From positions 24,783,744 to 24,847,743 of the forward strand of contig NC_068991.1 in the NCBI RefSeq assembly GCF_001194135.2: DNA of 64,000 bases, in the 5' to 3' direction. The notes beneath the pieces are model-generated. The model was not told where the DNA came from. It saw nothing but the letters and a program-made list of their open reading frames with translations, and searched no databases. The DNA is from Octopus bimaculoides. Lineage: Eukaryota. Below, piece by piece: positions 1-12,170 of the stretch (position 1 is the first letter of the stretch; every line of letters starts with the position of its first letter). The translations under genes were made by a program, and so were the position numbers.

Positions 1-69
1 TATATATATATATATATATATATGTATATGTATATACATATATATATATAGATGTATGGATGTAGATAG

Positions 70-485
70 TTATATAAAGTAACTTAAAATGGATGGAATT
101 TGTGGAAGAGAGAGGCCCAGGGAGACATGGGATGAAGCACGAAAGCCAATATTAAGACACTGAGCTCAACAACTGTGATGACAAACAGCTGAGATATCTG
201 ACACCCTGCTGTACTGAAGAAGATGTATCCACTGCAGTAGAATTGATATCCTAAACCATCTTAATTAATGCTCCCCTCCCAGTTGAAGAGGCTTTTGTCT
301 CACAAATCACTTGGTGACCCTGTTGTTAGTGATGCCATGTAAAAAAGACCCAATATATCTGTAAAGTAGTTGGCATTGGGAAGGATTTTCAAACAATAAG
401 GCCTGATGTGGCCCGTGGCCTTACCAGCTACTGTTAAACTGTCCAACTCATGGCAGCATGGAAAATGGACTTTAAATGATGAGGA

Positions 486-490
<5 letters not shown>
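70..490 (+). mobile_element. Degenerate RTE-type LINE 3' end
   Basis: Remnant resembling GRPRKTWDE, then an RTE tail (...CAGCATGGAAAATGGACTTTAAATGATGAGGATGAT) matching other copies in the window. Confidence 0.6.
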
Positions 491-522
<32 letters not shown>

Positions 523-2441
523 TATATACATATATATATATATGTATATATACATATATATATATATGTATATATATATGTATGTACATACATATATATA
601 TANNNNNNNNNNNNNNNNNNNNNNNNNNNNNNNNNNNNNNNNNNNNNNNNNNNNNNNNNNNNNNNNNNNNNNNNNNNNNNNNNNNNNNNNNNNNNNNNNN
701 NNNNNNNNNNNNNNNNNNNNNNNNNNNNNNNNNNNNNNNNNNNNNNNNNNNNNNNNNNNNNNNNNNNNNNNNNNNNNNNNNNNNNNNNNNNNNNNNNNNN
801 NNNNNNNNNNNNNNNNNNNNNNNNNNNNNNNNNNNNNNNNNNNNNNNNNNNNNNNNNNNNNNNNNNNNNNNNNNNNNNNNNNNNNNNNNNNNNNNNNNNN
901 NNNNNNNNNNNNNNNNNNNNNNNNNNNNNNNNNNNNNNNNNNNNNNNNNNNNNNNNNNNNNNNNNNNNNNNNNNNNNNNNNNNNNNNNNNNNNNNNNNNN
1001 NNNNNNNNNNNNNNNNNNNNNNNNNNNNNNNNNNNNNNNNNNNNNNNNNNNNNNNNNNNNNNNNNNNNNNNNNNNNNNNNNNNNNNNNNNNNNNNNNNNN
1101 NNNNNNNNNNNNNNNNNNNNNNNNNNNNNNNNNNNNNNNNNNNNNNNNNNNNNNNNNNNNNNNNNNNNNNNNNNNNNNNNNNNNNNNNNNNNNNNNNNNN
1201 NNNNNNNNNNNNNNNNNNNNNNNNNNNNNNNNNNNNNNNNNNNNNNNNNNNNNNNNNNNNNNNNNNNNNNNNNNNNNNNNNNNNNNNNNNNNNNNNNNNN
1301 NNNNNNNNNNNNNNNNNNNNNNNNNNNNNNNNNNNNNNNNNNNAGTGAAGTGAAATAGGGAAAGTGAGCAAGGGGCAACGAAAGAATGAAGAGTGGAATG
1401 AACGAAAAAGGGTGAAGGGGCTGATAGACAAAAATAGGGTCGTACAAGATTAACCAACCGAAATTGCAAAGATAATCTGGATCTCGACTGAGTAAAGAAA
1501 ACTCCGAATGAACTGTCCTTGTTTTTTATATCGTCTATCTGGATGTTTTGTTGTCCCTTTCTTGTATCACCTAACTGTCTGGATGTTTTGCGTTCTTGTC
1601 CCATTTTGTATTGTTTATATATATATATACAGACATGCACACGCGCGCACATACACACACACACACACACATACATGCAGATATACATATATATTATCCC
1701 CATGATTTCCGCCTACCAAATTCATCCACAAGACATTTGGGCAGCTTGAGGCTATAAAAGATTCCTACTCAAAGTACACACACACACATAGATATATTGT
1801 TGATTGACAGTTTGACTCGATGTGACTAAAAGTTTTGTAGGCTCGTAGGACGAACCTATCTCGACAGGTATCTTGAAATACTTGACGAAATTGTTCGTTA
1901 CATGGGTAGGCATACAAATATAAGTCCAAATAGAACTAACCATATACCCTGAGCCCAAAGATTGCTTGGAGACAGAAGGTGTGTTATATAAATCTGCGTA
2001 ATCTCAGTAGGTCTTATGTATGCATGTATGTATGTATGTAGGGCGGTATGCATCCATATATCTATATATATATATATATATTTATACGTATGTGTGTGCT
2101 CATATCGCTGTAAATGTGTAGTTATAGTACAGGGGAGGTAACTCTCGTAAATTTATTGATTCGCTGAAATAAGAACTTATCTAATTGGTTGAACCACTTG
2201 TTACGATGGCAGTAGTTCTATGAATTCACCAAAGTAAATAAAAATATGTTTACAAGTGCCATGTGTAGTCGAAAGATTTGTTTTTGCACCATGTGTTTCT
2301 TGATCCGAACCCTGTATGTATGCTTAATACGAAAATGTTTTATCATGGAAAAGCACATAAATGTAATAAGTCTTTCTTATGAAATGATATATTAATTAGT
2401 AGATAATGGATTTTTTTAAAGCGATGTTAAAACATTGAGTA

Positions 2442-2868
2442 CAGGGCCGGATCAAGACCTATCGAGATCCTAAACACTTAAAAGATATTGGTGCCCTCAT
2501 AAAAGATTATGTAATTCAAAATATAAACAATAACAAACCATAAAATAAATCTGTTTTTCTCAAAACGAAACAAAACAGTAAGAGGGAAAATAATGTTTAT
2601 TTTTGTATACTTCCGCTTTATTTATATTTGAAATGTTTCCTCCTACATTTTTGAATTGCAAAGTCTTTGATCAGATCCTCAAAATTAATCTTAGGTAACA
2701 CATCTGAATCTATACTTAGTAGAGATAAAGGCATCCCGAATATTGTTTTAGCAAGTTTAAAGTGAATTCTTTTGGGCCGTAAGCCATTTACCATTTCTGT
2801 GGTACTCTCTCCTTCCCTTGATGCCCTAAGCACGTGCTTATCTTGCTTAATGGTTAATCCAGCATTGA
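2442..2868 (-). mobile_element. Non-autonomous hAT element with transposase C-terminal remnant
   Basis: Ends CAGGGCCGGATC and TAATCCAGCATTG form an imperfect TIR pair. Minus-strand LSLLSIDSDVLPKINFEDLIKDFAIQKCRRK resembles the hAT dimerisation domain C-terminus. Confidence 0.7.
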
Positions 2869-3052
2869 TGGAGTATGACGGATTTTATACTTTGCCGCAC
2901 AAGCAGCTCGCTTTGCAGCCAGTTAGTTTCGGGTTCAGCTTCACTGCAAGACACCTTGAACAAGTGTCTTCCTCGCTAGCCTCGAGCCAAATAATGCCTT
3001 CGTAAGGAATTTAGTTGACGGGAACAGTGTGGAAGCTCGCCATATACGCACA

Positions 3053-3085
<33 letters not shown>

Positions 3086-3548
3086 AGAGGAGTACATTTT
3101 CATTGTATTTTCTGTGGTGTTCTCACTACATGAATAAATGGAGCTTGTAAGAAAAAACGTACGTACTGCTATAACCTATTGAATTTTTGCTGCTTATCTT
3201 CAAATATATATATATATATATATATATATACCTGTCCTCGTCTGTTGTTTTTTTTCGTAAATTCTCCCATATATATATATATATATGCAAAAGAAGACAA
3301 GGTAGAAAATACTAAGATACTTTTATAAAAAAACATTTCAGTACTGGTTTCGATCCTTGAGATCTTTTCAACAGTAAATATGGATAATAAATTTTGGAAA
3401 AATTAAATTTTGGCAAATTTAAATGAAAAGTCTTTTTAAAAACATATTTGTATAGTATTCAAATACCAGAGGCATTTGTCTTGTTTCCACCACCTCCTCC
3501 CTTACTTTATTACTAAGGGAGGAGGTGCTTATTAAAGCTGCAAAATTA

Positions 3549-3600
3549 TCACAAGATTGTTACTCAGAGTTTCACACTCCCGTTCGTCGGACAGTTGTGA
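3549..3600 (-). ncRNA. Minimal type I hammerhead-like motif, U4C core variant (inverted twin of 3611-3662)
   Basis: Minus strand reads tcacaactgt-CCGACGA-acg(ggag)tgt-GAAA-ctctgag-TA-acaatcttgtga. Confidence 0.6.
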
Positions 3601-3610
3601 AGAGTTTTCA

Positions 3611-3662
3611 TCATAACTGTCTGGTGAACGGAAACGTGAAACTCTGAGTAACAGTCTTGTGA
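3611..3662 (+). ncRNA. Minimal type I hammerhead ribozyme-like motif (Penelope type), A6G core variant
   Basis: actgt-CTGGTGA-acg(gaaa)cgt-GAAA-ctctgag-TA-acagt gives stems I, II and a short III, with a GUA cleavage triplet ending at 3650. Confidence 0.65.
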
Positions 3663-3777
3663 TAATTTTGCAACTTTAATAAAAGCATCTTATTCTACCA
3701 AACGTAGAGCAATAATACAGTAAATAGAGTACTATAAATTACTTTTTCTTCCACCTTTTTTTTGCACGTTTTCACCT

Positions 3778-3826
<49 letters not shown>

Positions 3827-3837
3827 CGTGCGTGCTC

Positions 3838-4000
3838 GTAGGCGCAGGAGTGGCTGTGTGGTAAGAAGCTTGCTTTTCAACCACATGGTTCCAAGTTCAG
3901 TCCCACCGTGGCACCTTGGGCAAGTGTCTTCTACTATAGTGTCTGGCCGACCAAAGTCTTGTGAGTGGATTTGGTAGACGGAAACTGAAAGAAGCCCGTC
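3838..4000 (+). mobile_element. tRNA-derived SINE (abundant family, also near 1.7, 19.6, 41.6, 56.9 and 61.6 kb)
   Basis: GGCGCAGGAGTGGCTGTGTGGTAAG (A-box-like)...GGTTCCAAGTTCAGTCCCAC (B-box-like) followed by the shared body GGCACCTTGGGCAAGTGTCTTCTACTATAG. Confidence 0.8.
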
Positions 4001-4034
4001 GTTAGTACAATACAACACACAGAAGACACTTAAA

Positions 4035-5900
4035 AACTTATCCTTTTTACTTCAAATACATGGAAAGGGCCTCACTAAACATGAAATTGACTATTTATCC
4101 AATTTTAAATACAGACCCAGTCTATTCACAAAAATCCACATATTTGTAAAGCTTGCAAAGTTTCTCCAAGCCTATGCATTAATGTCCCCCCCCCCCATAC
4201 TAACCTCAAACTGAGACCCATCATTGCTGGCCCTGCTTGTGAAACCCACCGTTTGAGCAACTTCCTCGACATCTTACTCAAACCGTTTCTAAAATATGTG
4301 AAAAGCTTCATCTGGGATGACTTAGACATGCTTANNNNNNNNNNNNNNNNNNNNNNNNNNNNNNNNNNNNNNNNNNNNNNNNNNNNNNNNNNNNNNNNNN
4401 NNNNNNNNNNNNNNNNNNNNNNNNNNNNNNNNNNNNNNNNNNNNNNNNNNNNNNNNNNNNNNNNNNNNNNNNNNNNNNNNNNNNNNNNNNNNNNNNNNNN
4501 NNNNNNNNNNNNNNNNNNNNNNNNNNNNNNNNNNNNNNNNNNNNNNNNNNNNNNNNNNNNNNNNNNNNNNNNNNNNNNNNNNNNNNNNNNNNNNNNNNNN
4601 NNNNNNNNNNNNNNNNNNNNNNNNNNNNNNNNNNNNNNNNNNNNNNNNNNNNNNNNNNNNNNNNNNNNNNNNNNNNNNNNNNNNNNNNNNNNNNNNNNNN
4701 NNNNNNNNNNNNNNNNNNNNNNNNNNNNNNNNNNNNNNNNNNNNNNNNNNNNNNNNNNNNNNNNNNNNNNNNNNNNNNNNNNNNNNNNNNNNNNNNNNNN
4801 NNNNNNNNNNNNNNNNNNNNNNNNNNNNNNNNNNNNNNNNNNNNNNNNNNNNNNNNNNNNNNNNNNNNNNNNNNNNNNNNNNNNNNNNNNNNNNNNNNNN
4901 NNNNNNNNNNNNNNNNNNNNNNNNNNNNNNNNNNNNNNNNNNNNNNNNNNNNNNNNNNNNNNNNNNNNNNNNNNNNNNNNNNNNNNNNNNNNNNNNNNNN
5001 NNNNNNNNNNNNNNNNNNNNNNNNNNNNNNNNNNNNNNNNNNNNNNNNNNNNNNNNNNNNNNNNNNNNNNNNNNNNNNNNNNNNNNNNNNNNNNNNNNNN
5101 NNNNNNNNNNNNNNNNNNNNCGAAGACTCCTTGAACTCAGATCAATACTAATCAAAAGACATTACCCAATATCATTAATAAATAATGGAATTAAACGAGC
5201 TAAGGAAATAGACATACGAACATTAAGGGAAGTCAACCAAAATACTAAACCAGACTTAAAAATACTCCCATACATCTCCACACATAACCCTAGAAACAAC
5301 GAAGCCTTTAACATTATCATCCAAAATCTCCCATCCTCACAAGAGATAAAACAATGAACAAAATTTTAGACTCACACAAAATTATCAAAAGTAAAATGCA
5401 ACCTAAATCACTGAAAAAAATATTAACCAGCGCAAGACTATATCCATTAACAAAGAACAAATCCGCCATCCACAATACAGACAGATACAGGTCAGTGGGC
5501 AAATAGAAAGGTGTGCGAGGAATCTTAATCCTAATTTCTTAATTTTTCCCTTCTATCAATGTTCACAGAACACCCCAATACAACAAAGAATAAATAAAGA
5601 GGCAACTTTCATCAATAAATATCTTCCACAACTAAATATGAACACATAACATAATACAGAACACTACTAACTTTTCATTTAATAACACTAACCCCCATAC
5701 ATCCCATACACCATTCACATTACAGATCTAGATCTACCACAATTGCACCAAATCTAGAACTACTTACCTCCCTTACACATAATCTTTTTACTCAGGGACT
5801 AGTAGACCTGACACCGTTCAGTATTCGGTGTGCATTCAAAGCAATCATTAGTAACATTACGAAACCGGTATGCTTTTGAATCTCTTTAACAATTCACAAT
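4035..5900 (+). mobile_element. Penelope-like retroelement, degenerate (RT centre in N-gap)
   Basis: LKLRPIIAGPACETHRLSNFLDILLKPFLKYVKSFIWDDLDML before the gap. RRLLELRSILIKRHYPISLINNGIKRAK...PYISTHNP...PKSLKKILTSA after it. Both are typical PLE RT N-terminal and thumb/linker motifs. A decayed hammerhead motif lies at 5835-5880. Confidence 0.8.
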
Positions 5901-8900
5901 AATGACTTTTATTACTTCTATTCCTACCTCAATTTATCTAATTGTATATATCTATCGTTACTTTTCATAAAAAGCCTTTACTCTTTTTGATTTCCAATGT
6001 GCATTTTCGCTTATTTTTCTTCTTACTTTCCCCCCTATATGCAGACTGGCCAGGTTGCCAGGTTGCCCGATGGCAAGTGGGCTCCTGCGCCATTAGAATT
6101 CATATATGGGGGCCCATCCCCTCAAGTTTGAGAATTTGTTATTCACTCCTGGAAGAATGCATTATTTCAGCCTGGCTGTGTTTCTAGACAGTTGAAAAGA
6201 ATACTTTTAACAAAAAAAAAAAAGAAGGATTGTAGTTGCGGGTGGGCCCTCTTAGTCTCCTGGCAACCAATATTTTTAGACCCAGTCCGCTANNNNNNNN
6301 NNNNNNNNNNNNNNNNNNNNNNNNNNNNNNNNNNNNNNNNNNNNNNNNNNNNNNNNNNNNNNNNNNNNNNNNNNNNNNNNNNNNNNNNNNNNNNNNNNNN
6401 NNNNNNNNNNNNNNNNNNNNNNNNNNNNNNNNNNNNNNNNNNNNNNNNNNNNNNNNNNNNNNNNNNNNNNNNNNNNNNNNNNNNNNNNNNNNNNNNNNNN
6501 NNNNNNNNNNNNNNNNNNNNNNNNNNNNNNNNNNNNNNNNNNNNNNNNNNNNNNNNNNNNNNNNNNNNNNNNNNNNNNNNNNNNNNNNNNNNNNNNNNNN
6601 NNNNNNNNNNNNNNNNNNNNNNNNNNNNNNNNNNNNNNNNNNNNNNNNNNNNNNNNNNNNNNNNNNNNNNNNNNNNNNNNNNNNNNNNNNNNNNNNNNNN
6701 NNNNNNNNNNNNNNNNNNNNNNNNNNNNNNNNNNNNNNNNNNNNNNNNNNNNNNNNNNNNNNNNNNNNNNNNNNNNNNNNNNNNNNNNNNNNNNNNNNNN
6801 NNNNNNNNNNNNNNNNNNNNNNNNNNNNNNNNNNNNNNNNNNNNNNNNNNNNNNNNNNNNNNNNNNNNNNNNNNNNNNNNNNNNNNNNNNNNNNNNNNNN
6901 NNNNNNNNNNNNNNNNNNNNNNNNNNNNNNNNNNNNNNNNNNNNNNNNNNGCCTATCAACCAACAAACAACCTCTAGCCACAGATACACCGGCTAGTTTT
7001 TGAATAGCTTCTATATTTAAAGGACAGGCGCAATATGGCCGAATAGCTGAGAAGTTCGCATCGTAATCACGAGGTGCCGGGTTCGATTCCACTGTGCGCA
7101 GTATCTTGGGCAAATATCAATTTCTATAGCTTCAGTTGACCCCTATCTTGTAAGTAAAAAAAAAAAAAAAATGTTACCTTCTCGAGTCATACCGATTCAA
7201 AAGGGCCGGTTTCCCGGGTTTATGACGTATATATTCCCCAACTGAACGGGATGCCGGTCAGTCTCAGAATTACTCATTTTTTGCCAGCTCAGAGTGGACT
7301 GGAGCAACGTGAAATGATGTGTTTTGCTCAAGGACACAACGCGTCACAAAGAGCTATCACTTCAAGGGATACCAGCAACTCGATTTGTTGTCAACGCAAT
7401 AGGTCAAAGCTTCTATGACGGCAGTATGGCAATAGGAAACTATATATTTAGAGTTCATACTATCACACATGAATGCAAATTTTCAGAAAAATGGTAAGTT
7501 ATCGACATACACTTAACCTAATGACAAGAGCTCGACTTGATTACATATTCTAAAGCGAAAGAGCATTACTAATGTAATGGAACTTGTGAAGTTAATTCTG
7601 ATGAATGTATGTTAAAGTTCGCCTCAGTCTGAGATTCGAATGAATTTAAAATCAACGACATTCTCCAATATGGCTGGAGTAACAATGAGGGAATATGCAA
7701 TCAGTACTTCAAGGTGAAGAAAAAAAGCAGATTTAAAGTGCCTGAAACAAAAAATGGAATCAGCTCTCCTAATACTACATCAAATGATGCAGCCAGAGCT
7801 GTATTATGGATCCCCGGGCAAGTCAAGGCACCGGGCCCCGTGGTATGTATTTATTAGCTGCAATCTATACCATACGTAGATCAGAATTGGGTCCCTAGTC
7901 CGTGAGGCCCTCGGGTAGCTGCCGACAGCACAGGATACAGCAACAGCTGCATTCCAACCAAATCAAGATCATCTCAGGAATCTTAGGCGGCCATTGACAC
8001 ATGAAAATATCAATAAAACAACTCCTTGAAACCTTAAAAAAAAAACTTCAGCAAATTTGAAAGGGCACAAAGAGTTCAGATAAATACGAACAGGAGCAGC
8101 AAAAAGCCACGTTCAAAGTAACACTCAGCATGTGTTAATGAAATCGGTGGCAGAGGAAAAGATAAGGAAATAGGAAAAGCCACAAGCCAGAAGAGCCGGC
8201 TCAGCTAACGACAGGGCCACTTTCAAATTCTAAATTGAATATCCATTTGAATTCTTGCAAATTTTCACCACCATTATTATGCTGTTTTAACTATGACTAC
8301 CACACTTCAATATAGCAGAACACAGTTTTACCTTCATAAAACCCAGAATTTCCAGGTACGATATATTCAGATTATGAACCTTGCAGTGGCGTATGGTAGT
8401 TGTTGTATTGGGTGTGCTGCCTCCAAATTTCAAGTAGGAGTATAACAAAAGATTTCCATTAAGATTTGATTAAGTTAATGAGTAAAGTTAATATTTATAA
8501 TGAATTTGCCATTTTCGATTGGTGTACAGCACACACTCGGAATATACGCCCCTGGTTAAATACCATTTGAGGGACCACTGCCCTACGTTAAATATGGAAA
8601 ATGTCATATTCTAGGCTCTATCACCTAAGTGCTTAGAAGCTTGATAAAACTAGCGCATGTACCGCCCGAATCAAAACATTTGTTTATATTTATTTTAAAA
8701 GTTTTCTAATGGCAGAACCTATGATCCTTTTTGCCCCCATCTCCCGAGACCTGATGCAAGTTATGTTTAAATTGTTGCAGATCAACACCTGCAGGAAAAA
8801 AAACATGAGCGGAGGGGCGATTCCAAGAGGCCGATGCTCTACGAATGAAGGATTGGCCATAGTAGTTAGTAAAGAGTTCAAGAGAGACGAGAGAATTGGG

Positions 8901-9666
8901 TGGGGTTATAAAATCGGAATATGTGTAGAGGCCATTTATATTAGCAACAGAAAAGACAGTACGCCACGGACCAAGGGCTGGAGTATGTCTGCCGAGTGTC
9001 CCCATTCTAGATGAAACCCAGTGTGTCGTTTCTGAAAAAACTTAGACTAGCTGTAAGCTTCGTAATGCAAAAAGGTTAGCGAGAAACGTTTATTAATTGA
9101 ATTTANNNNNNNNNNNNNNNNNNNNNNNNNNNNNNNNNNNNNNNNNNNNNNNNNNNNNNNNNNNNNNNNNNNNNNNNNNNNNNNNNNNNNNNNNNNNNNN
9201 NNNNNCCCCCACTCATTTCCAAGGCCGTGGTGAAAAGTAGGAAAAATCCCCGTCAAAACGGAGAAAATCCAGCTTATGTGGGCATCCTGATCCGAAACTC
9301 TGAAAAACCATTGTTTCAGTTCCTGGATCGGATAGGGTGCTGTACTCATGAGCGAAACACTTCATGTCACGTTGGCAGAAATAGCGAATTCTTCCTCAAG
9401 TCACGTCCTACAATTTTAAACGAAAGAAAAGACTGGTACACAAATAGACATCCGAGACAGGTCCTCCTTGCATAGGAAAATAAAAACTGGTAAAGTATAT
9501 GTATGTTATATTTGTGTTGTGTACACATACATATACTAACATCAGAAATATACACAAAATAATACATAAACATATGTGATTCAACTGAAAAAAATATTAA
9601 AATATAATTTTTTACGGAAATTGCAGAACAAAGTTTCACTTCCCGTATACATTCTTCGAAAGATTT

Positions 9667-9785
9667 GGGGGTGTCCACAAAGTCTGGGTACATGAAAATT
9701 AATACATACTTTAAGAAATTATTTCTTATATTGAATTGTTTATGATTTTATTTACTCCATGTACCCAGACTTTGTGGACACCCTG
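9667..9785. mobile_element. Tc1/mariner-type MITE
   Basis: 25-bp TIRs GGGTGTCCACAAAGTCTGGGTACAT / ATGTACCCAGACTTTGTGGACACCC, followed by TG and TA. Same family as 38558-38769. Confidence 0.85.
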
Positions 9786-10244
9786 TATAATATTAGGAAT
9801 TGTATAATAAACATTGCTAAAATATTTTGTGTATTAGATAAGTATAACCAATTTACTGCACATTTTAACAGCAAAATCCTGTGGATTCCGGTTGAAAACC
9901 ACTGTTCTTTAAGTGTTTGAAAATCATAGGCTTTTTGCCAACTATTTTGTGGAAAATCTGAGAATACGTTTAAATTTGCGGGCAATAAAAATAACCAGCT
10001 TAATATATATAGTAACCAGATATTTCTAGCAAACTGAAAAAGCTAGTTTAAAAACCAAGTTTACTAATATATCGGTTTTTAACACGTCTATATTATAACA
10101 TACACAATGTTGCTGATTTAAAATTCGGCATTTTAATTTTGAACTTCGGATTCGAGCAAGTGGAAAAACATCTAGTAAATGTACAATTCGCAGCACAAAA
10201 TACATATCATAGGTGATTGAGAAAACAAACGTTAAAATGTTAGT

Positions 10245-10260
10245 GGCCCTGAAAAGGGCC
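10245..10260 (-). terminator. Histone 3' stem-loop (SLBP site)
   Basis: Minus strand reads CAACC-GGCCCTTTTCAGGGCC-ACTA, 29 nt after the H4 stop: the canonical 6-bp stem/4-nt loop. Confidence 0.97.
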
Positions 10261-10289
10261 GGTTGCATCTGTAGGCTGAACTGAAGTGT

Positions 10290-10655
<366 letters not shown>

Positions 10656-10974
10656 CTAGATATACGGACGTAGCAGAAAGCAACATCGCATACGAATCAC
10701 GTGCCTCGTAGTTAGATGGGCAAATCAGCAGCAGCAGCAGCAGCCAGTGTTTGACTAATTATCATGCTGCCTTCCCATTCCGTTTATTCATTGGCATAAA
10801 GATTCTTACTCATTTGTTAGCTGAGATTAAATAAAATGGCTTACTAAGCAGATTGTTTGCAAGGTTGGTATAAAGTTTCAAACCTGTTTACGAAAATAAA
10901 AAAAAAACACCCTACCAAGTGTAAAAAATATGTGTAGAAAATGAATATAAAAACAAATTTGCGCAAACGAACGA

Positions 10975-11355
10975 GGGTGGGTGAGAGAGGACTTTCGGAA
11001 AATTCACAAAGTCCGATTTTTCCCTCATAATTTTCAGGAAAATGGATATATATATTAATGATATTTTATAGAAATACTGTTCAAATAGGAAAAACGATTA
11101 TAAAGAAATTTCTGGGGAATATTTTCCCCAGAAGGAGTGGGGAGAGGACTGTCGGAAAATTCACACGATCCGTTTTTTTCTCCTCATAACTTTCAGGAAA
11201 ATGGATATCCTTAATGAAATTTTATAGAAACACTTTTCAAACGGCATAGATTACAATTATGAAGAAATTTCTGGGGAAAATTTTTTCCGAAGGGGTGGTG
11301 AGAGGGCTGTCGGAAAGTTCACCCGATCCGTTTTTTCCCCTCATAACTTTCAGGA
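10975..11355 (+). repeat. ~160-bp tandem repeat (about 2.5 copies)
   Basis: The recurring GAGAGGACT..CGGAAAATTCAC...CCTCATAACTTTCAGGAAAATGGATAT motif appears three times. Confidence 0.85.
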
Positions 11356-11538
11356 TATAGTCTAGCGCCCGGTCACCAAAACCCCATCATTACTAACCAG
11401 GTACTGTAGTTCTCGGTAGGCGTTACGAATATTTAGCAGAGTAGTGGTGGTAGTAAGTAATAGCGTATATTTTATTAGTGGGAGACTGCTAATTGTAGCG
11501 AGTCGAGATATAGCATCTAAGCATCCCTCGCTCTAGTT

Positions 11539-11772
11539 CTGTGGTTCTCAACCCGCTAGGGTAGTACTGTGGGTCTGTGAACTAAACTCGAAGTTTCATA
11601 CATATACCACCTGTCCTCGTCTGTTGTTTTTTTTTTCGTACATTCTCCCTCCTATATATATATATATATATGTATGTATATAAACATAAGGATAAACATA
11701 TTAAAAGGGGTCCGTGGGAAAACTCATTTAAATAAAAGGGGTCCTTGATAGTGAAATGGTTGGGAACCACTG
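11539..11772. mobile_element. hAT (Charlie-like) MITE
   Basis: TIRs CTGTGGTTCTCAACC / GGTTGGGAACCACTG. The 8-bp flanks CTCTAGTT / CTCGAGTC (6/8) resemble the Charlie target site. Confidence 0.65.
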
Positions 11773-11964
11773 CTCGAGTCTGTCCGCTGCAAGGAGGAAT
11801 ATAGATTCGTTCAAAACATTAAAAAGCAGGGGGGTGGCATTTCACCTTCAAAGTGGAGACAGGTGTAATATAAAACAATCATTTTGACCCCTTGCACTAT
11901 ATAGCTGTATATATTTTCTTTTCAAACATGTGACTTTTATCAAGCAACTTGGTCGTGGCCTTTG

Positions 11965-12170
11965 AACGGAGAGGGTTTCAAAAATCCTTACATGTCTAGA
12001 AATAGCAGTCAAAGCCACTATAAACATTCATATTCTATCTGAATTTTTATGTCATGTCACCCACCGACAGCTTTATTGTGAAGAGATAGAATACGAGTGT
12101 TTATAGTCGCTTTATAGTGGTTTTGACTGCTATTTCTAGACATGTAAAGATTTTTGCAACCCTCTCCGTT
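11965..12170. mobile_element. Fold-back MITE-like element (~60-80 bp inverted arms)
   Basis: AACGGAGAGGGTTTCAAAAATCCTTACATGTCTAGAAATAGCAGTCAAAGCCACTATAAA is nearly the reverse complement of TTTATAGTGGTTTTGACTGCTATTTCTAGACATGTAAAGATTTTTGCAACCCTCTCCGTT. Confidence 0.8.

Noticed and set aside
300-7113. Long ORFs (250-467 aa) in the ORF track
   Set aside because: They are open only because they run through N-gaps and (TA)n/(CA)n repeats (IYIY/HTHT peptides). The same applies to ORFs at 28141-28882, 30105-30675 and 45733-47263.
8384-8554. Short CAGTGGCGTA/TACGCCCCTG terminal inverted repeat (hAT-like MITE)
   Set aside because: Only a 10-bp imperfect TIR and no matching 8-bp TSD, too weak to annotate.
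8690-9014. GC-richer stretch with overlapping ~100-aa ORFs
   Set aside because: No recognisable protein motif or splice structure. Probably an unclassified repeat or LTR fragment.
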